Assembly: GCA_963676915.2 (NCBI GenBank) | Contig: CAXXVK010000022.1 | Location: 1 to 61,270, forward strand | Direction: 5' to 3' | From: Myxococcota bacterium | Lineage (GTDB): Bacteria > Myxococcota_A > SURF-8 > G963663525 | Length of the DNA: 61,270 nucleotides | In this document: positions 53,543 to 61,270 of the stretch, piece by piece | Layout: each line of letters begins with the position of its first letter | Numbering within the stretch: the stretch's first letter is position 1 | Translations under genes and position numbers: made by a program | The notes under the pieces: generated by a model | Told to the model about the DNA's origin: nothing | Database searches by the model: none | Seen by the model: the letters and a program-made list of their open reading frames with translations, nothing else

Positions 53543-54718
53543 ATGGCGGTCGATTGGGCGAAACAAGGCAAGTCGGCATTGGTGGCCGTTCTCGTGCTGG
53601 CATTGGGATTTCCTTTTCCCTTGTGGGCCGGGCAGCCGTCGGATTCCTCGCCTTCAGCGATGGAAAACCACCAGCTCCGATCCGATAGCGAAAAAGACGA
53701 AAGGCGCAGGCTTGCCCAACGTCGCAAGCCGCGCTCCACAAAAGTGCAGAGCATCGGTGTCAGCCCCAAAGCGGCGCCCGAAAAAGCACCTGCCGCACCG
53801 GCTACACCGAGGCCGAAAAAGAAAGCCCTTTATGGGGGAAAGCTGGAAAAACAGGTCATTCTGCTGGATGTCAGCGTTCCGTCGAAATACTACAAAATCC
53901 GAAAGGATCTCTACGAAGCCGTCTTGTTGCAACTGGAAGAAGCCGAGCAGTTGGGGGCGGTGACCTCTCGAAAGGCGGCGGGACGAGGCGCAAAAATTCG
54001 TAACATCCTGCGCTCGTGCAATGGGATAAAAAACACGGCTTGCCTGATGAAATACGCCAGAAAAAGCAAGTCCGCCTATGCCGTGGTGGGGGATATCATC
54101 GACAGCGACGACCTCGGCGTGCTGGTCTTGTGGTTGTACGACGTGCGCACCGGCGAGCAACTGAGTGAAATTCGGCGACCTCTGTTCGATCCGACGAAAA
54201 TTCTCGAAACCGCCGAGGAAGGCACCTGCCAGTTGACTGCTGCCTTCGGCTGCGAACCCGAATCTCCTCCCCCGGTGGTTGCAGTGGCTCCCGTCGGACC
54301 GATCGGCGACGATCAGGGCGGACAGGAGTCGGATGTATCCTCCCAACCGGTGGTACGTTCGCAACCTTCGTCGCCGTCGTCGTCGAGTCCTTACAAACCC
54401 TGGGCCTGGACAGCCACGGGAGTGTCCATCGCCGCGCTTGTGGGTGGATCGGTCATGCTGGGGCTGGCGTTTTCGAGTTACAACGATTACCTCGACGCCA
54501 AAACTCCCGCCGAGGCCCGCTCGAAGAAAAGCGATGTCGATACCTACAGTATCGTGTCCTATTCTCTGTTCGGGCTTTCCGCTGCCGCGCTGGGAACGGG
54601 AATCGCACTTTTCGTGCTGGACAGTCAGCACTCGCCCGGAACGAAGGTTTCGGACGTTACCGTGGTTCCGGCCGCCAATCCCACAGGCGGAGGTTTTGTC
54701 GTTCAGGGACGCTTTTAG
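53543..54718 (+). CDS. Exported hypothetical protein with C-terminal hydrophobic hairpin (myxobacterial PEGA-protein-like tail)
   Basis: Signal peptide; two C-terminal hydrophobic helices; ends VVQGRF. Confidence 0.7.
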   Translation: MAVDWAKQGKSALVAVLVLALGFPFPLWAGQPSDSSPSAMENHQLRSDSEKDERRRLAQRRKPRSTKVQSIGVSPKAAPEKAPAAPATPRPKKKALYGGKLEKQVILLDVSVPSKYYKIRKDLYEAVLLQLEEAEQLGAVTSRKAAGRGAKIRNILRSCNGIKNTACLMKYARKSKSAYAVVGDIIDSDDLGVLVLWLYDVRTGEQLSEIRRPLFDPTKILETAEEGTCQLTAAFGCEPESPPPVVAVAPVGPIGDDQGGQESDVSSQPVVRSQPSSPSSSSPYKPWAWTATGVSIAALVGGSVMLGLAFSSYNDYLDAKTPAEARSKKSDVDTYSIVSYSLFGLSAAALGTGIALFVLDSQHSPGTKVSDVTVVPAANPTGGGFVVQGRF

Positions 54719-54740
54719 ATTTCAATAAGGAGGGTTCGAC

Positions 54741-57209
54741 GTGAAGCGATCGACCATCTTTTCTCATATCGTCACGTTTTGTCTCGTTTTGGTTGCCACA
54801 GGCTGCTTCCAACTTCCGGAAGTGGACAACTCCGACCAGGACGATAACTCGTCCGTCGGTGCGGAATTGCGGATTTCGGGAATTCGTCTCGGAACGTCGT
54901 ATCTCGTCGTGCAGATGGATTTTGAAGGTTCCAGCGGCGAAACGATGGCTTTCGAACGCATTATTCCCGTAGAAACGAACGAAGGCTTCGTTCTGGCCAC
55001 CTGGGACAACCTCAAACCGGGGGCTGTGGATCTTGTCATTAACAGTTATGTGGGTTTGAATCGCTGCCAGAGTCTCAACCAGCCGTTCAACGAACTTTCG
55101 AGCACGGGAACCACGACGCTGAACCTTGTCATGCCCGATGCCACGGACGACTGCGGCTTGGATCAGCCGGACGAGGACGGCGACATGGACGAGATCGAAG
55201 AAGTCGATACACCCGACATGGATGAGGAAACCGAAGAGGAAGAACAGATCCAGCGGGAGAAAGAGACGGCTACGGCCAACTACGTGGCCAGTGCCCAGGC
55301 TCCGCAGGTCGATGGAACCTTGGGTTTCGGCGAATACGACGCTGCTCAGGTGATCCAATGGAGCAACCCGACGATGGCCCAGCCCTCGAAACTCTGGCTG
55401 CTGTACGACGACTCCCGGCTGTATTTCGGGATGTTGCTCTCGTCGTTCAGCTACATTGACGGGACCGAAAACAGCGTCAACCTGTTGATCGATTACCAGG
55501 GACAGGGGCAAAGCGCGTTTTCGTTCAAAGTTCACCAGCCAGCTACCGGTGCAACCCCTGAAACCCACTGCATTATCGTTCCCGGTGGTTTGGAAGAGTG
55601 CTTCCGGCTGGAACAAGGCTGGCAGGATTCGGATGTATCCGTAGCTACCGGTGAATGGAGCGACGCCTGGCTGGCGGAAGTGTCTATTCCCTTTACACGG
55701 CTGGGTATCGTGCCGGGCGTCTCGAAAGTTCTGGCGTTTAGTCTGGTGCAGACCGATCTCGGCAACCGCATGGCGTGGTCGGACGATACGGTCGATGAAG
55801 TCGTCCCTTCGGGCTGGGACTGGCTGGAAAGCGAAAACGCCTGGAATTCGGTGGCAACGCAGGTCGATGGCGATGAAGAAATGGACGCGGACGACATCGA
55901 GCAGGATGGGGACGATCTTGTTGAGCAGGACGCGGATTTGGACGAAGATCCAATCGAGGAAGATTCGGATGTTGTCGATATCATAGATGAAATCGAGCAG
56001 GAACTGGAAGAGGAAGCCGAAACGGAAGAAGAAGCCGAGCAGGAAGAAGAAACCATTTCCTGTACCGGCAACCAGGTGGAATGCCTCTACCAGGGACAAT
56101 ATCCCATCGCTCGTAAATGCAACTCGGCGGGAACCGGTTACGACTGGCAGGAAGTCTGTGACTTCGATCACCCCAAAATCGCAGGGCACGATCCGCAGTG
56201 CGGTTCGGCTACTTGCATTCCGGGCGGCGGAGCCTCGGCCGGATGTTATTACCAGTTTAGCAACACGTATCCGCCACCGACCTGCAATGTCGGAAGTTTC
56301 TGCTACGAAACAGGCGTCTGCCGCCAGGAAAACGGTTGGGAAGTCTGCGACGCACCGGAGCGTTCCTGCGACGACAACAACGAGTGTACGGAAGATAGCT
56401 GCAATCCCGCCGCTTCGGACTGGGAGTCGGCCTGTGAAAACACCGCCGCCCGTCAGGGACAGGCCTGCACGGCAGAAAACGAATGTGTCGTGGAATCGTA
56501 CTGCGACAACGGCATTTGCTCCGGTACGGTGATTCCCGGCTGTTGTCCGGGTCATTCGGACATGGTGAAAGTCACCGACCAGTATTGCATCGATATGTAT
56601 GAAGGCGTATTGAGCGATTCGGACAACTGTTCGATCGGTACCTTGTACGGCCAGTATTATTCCAGTGCAATCCCCGATTTCCACGCCTTTTTCCCGGCCA
56701 ACGGGGAGAACGTCACCACCGAGCTGTACGCCTGTTCCATTCAGGGCGTAAAACCGAGTGCATGGTTGACAAAGGCTCAGGCCGAACGTGCCTGCTCCAA
56801 TCAGGGCAAGCGGCTGTGTTCACCCACCGAATGGTCTTTGGGTTGCGGCAACGGACATACCTATCCTTACGGTGACACCTACACTCCGCTACGTTGCGCG
56901 GACCGCAGCCACATGACGGTCGGCTCCGGCACACGAGCTACGGGATTGCCGGTGGAGGATGACGGAACTTACTATTATTGCTCGTGGAATCCCAGTGGGA
57001 CGGACGACGTTCAGCCGTATGACGCCAGCGGAAACGTCAGCGAATGGATCGAAACCGGCACCCAGGATCTGAAATACTGCGGCGGTTCGTACATCGACCT
57101 GGACGGCAGCGGGCAACAAAGCCTGAGCTGCCAGTCCTGCAAGACGGCGGACTCTTCCGAGTATTACACGGATATTCTGGGATTCCGCTGTTGCGTGAAT
57201 CTCCAGTAA
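54741..57209 (+). CDS. Surface lipoprotein: CBM9-like domain, acidic linker, Cys-rich repeats, C-terminal FGE-sulfatase (SUMF1) domain
   Basis: Lipobox ATGC; APQVDG.L..EY, LLYDD..LY; YCIDMYE, GKRLC..EW, D.SGNVSEW, GGSY, GFRCC. Confidence 0.85.
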   Translation: MKRSTIFSHIVTFCLVLVATGCFQLPEVDNSDQDDNSSVGAELRISGIRLGTSYLVVQMDFEGSSGETMAFERIIPVETNEGFVLATWDNLKPGAVDLVINSYVGLNRCQSLNQPFNELSSTGTTTLNLVMPDATDDCGLDQPDEDGDMDEIEEVDTPDMDEETEEEEQIQREKETATANYVASAQAPQVDGTLGFGEYDAAQVIQWSNPTMAQPSKLWLLYDDSRLYFGMLLSSFSYIDGTENSVNLLIDYQGQGQSAFSFKVHQPATGATPETHCIIVPGGLEECFRLEQGWQDSDVSVATGEWSDAWLAEVSIPFTRLGIVPGVSKVLAFSLVQTDLGNRMAWSDDTVDEVVPSGWDWLESENAWNSVATQVDGDEEMDADDIEQDGDDLVEQDADLDEDPIEEDSDVVDIIDEIEQELEEEAETEEEAEQEEETISCTGNQVECLYQGQYPIARKCNSAGTGYDWQEVCDFDHPKIAGHDPQCGSATCIPGGGASAGCYYQFSNTYPPPTCNVGSFCYETGVCRQENGWEVCDAPERSCDDNNECTEDSCNPAASDWESACENTAARQGQACTAENECVVESYCDNGICSGTVIPGCCPGHSDMVKVTDQYCIDMYEGVLSDSDNCSIGTLYGQYYSSAIPDFHAFFPANGENVTTELYACSIQGVKPSAWLTKAQAERACSNQGKRLCSPTEWSLGCGNGHTYPYGDTYTPLRCADRSHMTVGSGTRATGLPVEDDGTYYYCSWNPSGTDDVQPYDASGNVSEWIETGTQDLKYCGGSYIDLDGSGQQSLSCQSCKTADSSEYYTDILGFRCCVNLQ

Positions 57210-57263
57210 AAACAACCAACTCCATAGAACATTGCTTTTTCTATGGGTATTAAATGAGGGACT

Positions 57264-57713
57264 ATGCGAGCGGTAATCCAGCGGGTACGGGAAGCAAGGG
57301 TTCGAGTCGATGGCGACACCGTAGGAGAAATCGGTTCAGGATTGCTGGTGCTGGTATCGGCCGGTCAGGGCGATACTCCACAGGATGCCGACTGGCTGCT
57401 GCACAAAATCACGCATCAGCGTATTTTTCCCGATGCGGATGACAAAATGAACCTCTCGGTGCAGGATGTCGGCGGCTCGCTTTTGCTGGTCAGTCAGTTC
57501 ACCTTGCATGGAGATTGCCGCAAGGGACATCGACCCTCGTTCGGTGCGGCGATGGCTCCTGCCGAAGCCGAAGTTTTTTTCGCGGATTTTGTGGAAAAAG
57601 CACGATTTTCGGGAGTTCCGGTCCAAACCGGACGTTTCGGTGCAAACATGCAGGTGGAATTGATCAACGACGGTCCGGTAACCACTCTGCTCGACTCGAA
57701 AAAAGCTTTTTAA
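57264..57713 (+). CDS. dtd: D-aminoacyl-tRNA deacylase
   Basis: MRAVIQRV, VSQFTL, RPSF, FGA.M.V.LINDGPVT. Confidence 0.97.
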   Translation: MRAVIQRVREARVRVDGDTVGEIGSGLLVLVSAGQGDTPQDADWLLHKITHQRIFPDADDKMNLSVQDVGGSLLLVSQFTLHGDCRKGHRPSFGAAMAPAEAEVFFADFVEKARFSGVPVQTGRFGANMQVELINDGPVTTLLDSKKAF

Positions 57714-57721
57714 ACCGTAGG

Positions 57722-58315
57722 TTAGATCGTCAATCCGACCTGAAGCAGTTCGTCTCGTAACTTTTTGCGGGAACGAAACAGGCGTGATTTGATGGCCGAA
57801 ATGCTCAGGTCGAAACGTTCGGCAAGCCGGTCCAGAGACAAACCTTCCCCTTGATGCAGCAGAAGCATTTCCCGGTCCTGTTCCGAGAGTGAATATAGGG
57901 CGTCGGTCAGTTTCTCGAATTTTTCACGCACCAGAAGGCTTGTTTCCGCCTGTTCGGTCTGTTGATTTTCGGGTTTCAGAAGGGTTGGATCGAATTCCAC
58001 GTGGAGGTTGGGAGTATTTTTCAACCCTCGCCGTTTTTTGGTGCAGGCCGAAGCCGCCAATTTGAAAAGCCAGGTTTTTAGGGTCGAATCGCCCCGGAAA
58101 CCTTCGAGATACCGGTAAGCCGCCACAAGCGTATCCTGCACGACGTCTTCCGCATCGGCTGAATTGGAGCAGCGATGCATGGCGAAGCGTTGAAGATCCT
58201 TACCGAAACAATCGACGATCTGACCGAACAGTTCGTCTTCGTCTTCCATGCCGATTCGGTCGATAATCCCCAGACAAGCGGTGCGGTCCAGATGTTTTTC
58301 TTTGGAATTTTCCAT
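57722..58315 (-). CDS. ECF sigma factor
   Basis: DAEDVVQD, FRGDS.LKTWLF, IKSRLFRSR. Confidence 0.92.
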   Translation of the reverse strand: MENSKEKHLDRTACLGIIDRIGMEDEDELFGQIVDCFGKDLQRFAMHRCSNSADAEDVVQDTLVAAYRYLEGFRGDSTLKTWLFKLAASACTKKRRGLKNTPNLHVEFDPTLLKPENQQTEQAETSLLVREKFEKLTDALYSLSEQDREMLLLHQGEGLSLDRLAERFDLSISAIKSRLFRSRKKLRDELLQVGLTI

Positions 58316-58597
58316 CGGTTTTCCTCATTACGCCGTAAAACCCGATTCAATTGAAAGCACCTTAGCGCAACCGAAAACGAATCTCAAGTGTTGCCATGCG
58401 CTGACCACTGAAAACGGTACCGTTTGATGTGTTAGAATCCGTTTATGACTGTGAAATGACACCCGTAGCAATAGAGCGGTTGATGTATAGAGAACACCGT
58501 GCGGACAGTAAAAAAGTGCAGATTTGGAATCGACCTGTAGGGTCCGATGTCCTCATTCCAGGATTTAAGAGAACATAGGTCTGTAATTTCTATAAAT

Positions 58598-58731
58598 GCA
58601 TGGGCGAACCGTAGGTTGTCCATGGATTTCGTTCGACCACGGGTAAGCGGACGTTTCACGTTGCTTAGTCCGTGATTCCCTTTGTTTTCAGGGGTTCCAA
58701 ATCATTGCGGCTAAACAAAGTGTATCTCAAG
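58598..58731 (-). repeat. Repeat family B copy
   Basis: Reverse complement aligns with 12168-12315. Confidence 0.8.
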
Positions 58732-58882
58732 CTTTCGCATTTTTTAATGTTCGCCCGAGAATACCTACCCATTCCCGAATAATCTTGAGCGACTTTCCTT
58801 TTGTGGTATATTCGGCACACTGTATCGTGCCATGTTGCTTAATACAATCTATAAATTTAACGATGTCGATAGGATTGTGACG

Positions 58883-59921
58883 ATGAAAATCAACACATGC
58901 CTGACGGTGATGGTTGTTGTTGGGTTGCTGATGGCGGGGGGCGCTCAGGTGTGCGCCGCTCCGACCGAACAACCGGGAATCGTGGTGTGGAAACTGGCCG
59001 CCAACGAAGGCGTCAAGGAAGAAGACATAAACCTGATCTCCAACTTCGTTACCAACCAGGTGGCGAAGTACTCGGGATCGAAGGTCATTTCCGAAGCCGA
59101 TATTCACACCATTCTGAAAGGTGTGGAAAAACGTCAGGAATGCGGGGTTGAGGATACCTCCTGCGTGGCTGAAATCGGCGCGGCGTTGGGAGTGCCGGAA
59201 GCGGTCAGCGGAGATATTGGTCGCTTGGGAACCATCTGGGTGCTCAATCTTCGACGCATCAACGTTCGCACCACGGAGGTGATCGGTCGGAGCAGCCGAC
59301 AGGTGGAAGGCGAAGTGGACGACCTCGTGCTGGCGATTCCTTCCGCTGCGGCGGAACTGTTCGGCATCAAACTTTCCGACCAGCCCGGAACGTTGATCCT
59401 CAACTCGATACCTCAAGGAGCCATGGTTACTTTGGATAACGAAGAAATCGGTTGTAACTCCTTTAAAACACAGAACTCTTTCGGGTAGCCACAGCGTCAC
59501 GTTTTCTCATTTCGGATCTTTTCGAGAGGAACGCACGATCGAGCTCAAACCTCACGAACGGCTGGAAGTAATGGTGTCCCTGCGCAAAATCCCCCCGAAT
59601 CCTTACAAAATCGCAGGGCATGCCACGTTTTGGTCCGGTGCGGGACTGATCGTGGCGGGTGGTCTCCTGAACTGGCAGGCCGGAGAAAAGCAGAAATCCT
59701 GGGAAGCGTCGGGAAATTCCTCCGACAAAAGTGCCAATCACGCCCTGATGGGCTCGGCCATCGCCGGATACGCGCTGGGCGGTGCGTTGATGGTTACAGG
59801 GACGGTGCTGTGGATTCTCGATCCCGGTGACCAGGCGTTGGATAAACGAAAGGATGTCACCGTCGAAGCGGGGCCGGATGGTCGAGGCGGGGTGAGTCTG
59901 CTGGTGCGCGGGAGGTGGTGA
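58883..59921 (+). CDS. PEGA-domain exported protein; one +1 frameshift
   Basis: GTLILNSIPQGAMVTLD..IG. Removing one T at 59452-53 restores GVTPL..GSHSV and joins ORF 59571-59921, which ends VRGRW. Confidence 0.8.
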
Positions 59922-59923
59922 TT

Positions 59924-59958
59924 TGGAATGATGAATGATGAATGCGGAATGATGAATG
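59924..59958 (+). repeat. Heptamer array (NNGAATG)5, left arm
   Basis: TGGAATG ATGAATG ATGAATG CGGAATG ATGAATG. Confidence 0.85.
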
Positions 59959-60327
59959 ATGTGTGGTGGAGAACATCCTTTTGATATTGGGGAGCGGACA
60001 CGAGCTTTTGCGCTTCGAATTGTGAGGTTGTATGCGTCTTTGCCGAAAGAAACGGCGGCGCAAGTCATGGGAAAGCAGGTTCTTCGTTCGGGAACCTCTG
60101 TTGGGGCACACATCCATGAAGGCAAACGAAGCCGTTCCGATAAAGAGATACTTAGCAAAATCGAAGGTGGTTTGCAGGAACTGGAAGAAACGACGTATTG
60201 GCTCAAATTACTCGTCGAATCCGGGATCGTAGACGGCGAACGCATGAAAAACCTGCTTCAAGAAGCCGATGAGCTAACGGCGATTCTGGTGACCAGCGCG
60301 AAAACCATAAAATCGAGACGGAGATAA
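59959..60327 (+). CDS. Four-helix-bundle protein (23S rRNA IVS protein / bAvd-like superfamily)
   Basis: ERT..FAL.I..L...LP, KQVLRSGTSVGA...E, ELEET.YWL.LL, E..EL.AIL. Confidence 0.92.
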   Translation: MCGGEHPFDIGERTRAFALRIVRLYASLPKETAAQVMGKQVLRSGTSVGAHIHEGKRSRSDKEILSKIEGGLQELEETTYWLKLLVESGIVDGERMKNLLQEADELTAILVTSAKTIKSRRR

Positions 60328-60330
60328 TAC

Positions 60331-61270
60331 ATGTCGATGGCCACGATACAATCCGTATTTTTCAACGATCTGTCTTCATTCATCATTCCGCATTCCGAAT
60401 TCCGCATTTTCATAGCGCTTTCGTTCATTCTCACCCTGTCGGGCTGTTTCTGGGCTGGTGGTGATCTCGGCGGCGAGGATCAACCCTGCTTCGGCAACGA
60501 TAGCTGTCATTCGGGCTTGCAGTGTTGCGAGGGAACCTGCAAGGCGTCCTGTGAATCGGAAGGAGACGCTGACGAGTCACCTGCCGACAACGATGTGGAC
60601 CCGACGGATGACGACCCGGTGGAGGAGATCGAAACGGATGCGGACCCGGAAGAAGGCGAGCCGCCGGTGGGGGATCAAGACGAGGACGGCATTGAAGAAA
60701 CCGATGACGATGCGATACCCGGCGATGAAGATGAGGATCTGGACGTTGAACCGGACACTGACCCGGACTTGGACGAAGAGCCGGAACCGGAACTCGAACC
60801 GGAAGTGGAAGAAGACGAGCCGACCGAAGAGGAACCGGAAGAGGAACTGGAACCGGAGTTGGAACCTGAACTGGAACCTGAGTTAGAGCCGGAGTTGGAA
60901 CCGGAGTTGGAAGAAGAGATCGTCGAGGAGGAGGCCGAACTCGAACCGGGAATTGGAAGACGAAGTCGAAGAGGAAGAATTCATCGAGGAGGAAACCGAA
61001 CCCGAAGAAGAGTGTGAATGTTCCGCTACGGACGATTGCTGTTCGGATGGTTGTCATGTGGATGCGAACGGAACGCTTTGCAACGACGACGACAACGCCT
61101 GCAACGGTGTAAGTACTTGTAATTCGGGGAATTGCATCCAAACGACGGAGCCGGTCGTCTGCACGGCGTTGGACGACTGCCACGTGGTGGGAACCTGCAA
61201 CACCGAGACGGGCATCTGCACGAATCCCACCGGTAACGAAGGTGGTGTTTGCAACGACGACAACAACGCT
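60331..61270 (+). CDS. Acidic/Cys-rich surface lipoprotein, partial; one +1 frameshift
   Basis: Lipobox LSGC; ELEP tandem repeats. Removing one G at 60948-50 continues into CNDDDNACNG..CTALDDCH..CNTETG.C repeats up to the window end. Confidence 0.75.
60377..60409 (-). repeat. Heptamer array, right arm (inverted)
   Basis: CATTCAT CATTCCG CATTCCG AATTCCG CATTT. Confidence 0.85.

Noticed and set aside
54657-56684. Long antisense ORFs (675 aa here; also 44128-45630, 10623-11894, 36648-37898, 51745-52872)
   Set aside because: They are shadows of well-supported opposite-strand genes in GC-rich DNA and carry no motifs.
56550-57209. FGE-sulfatase domain as a DGR variable region
   Set aside because: The fold class fits, but there is no downstream hairpin like those at 708 and 1423 and no template repeat is visible.
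59959-60327. DGR Avd gene marking a full DGR cassette
   Set aside because: The motifs fit the general four-helix-bundle/IVS family, and there is no adjacent TR or RT.
60780-60915. 12-nt tandem repeats as a non-coding array
   Set aside because: They are in-frame ELEP coding repeats with synonymous variation, forming a protein linker.

Overview
Bacterial chromosomal segment, probably from a Deltaproteobacteria/Myxococcota-like anaerobe. This is an inference from the acidic and Cys-rich lipoproteins, a MYXO-CTERM-like tail, a 2-hydroxyacyl-CoA dehydratase operon and rubrerythrin. It has about 48 protein genes. Housekeeping genes include fadH, kdsA, kdsB, rfbD, cobA-hemD, panD, a Clp ATPase, lptE, holA, an rpoH-like sigma factor and dtd; the rest are largely secreted or surface proteins. 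Main points: (1) a complete IS621-like IS110 element (8627-9801) sits inside a REP. Its bridge RNA can be read from the sequence: the target guides match the local REP family, the donor guides match its own ends, and circularisation would rebuild a sigma70 promoter. (2) Two adjacent DUF1566 genes each carry the same hairpin-type element about 22 nt past the stop codon, consistent with remote DGR targets; no RT or TR is visible in this window. (3) A four-helix-bundle gene is flanked by inverted heptamer arrays. (4) Four short repeat families are present, including a ~203-bp MITE-like element that contains a REP doublet, with a 9-bp TSD at one copy. Seven +1 homopolymer frameshifts near the window ends are most likely read errors. 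All product calls come from motif recognition by eye; no database searches were run.
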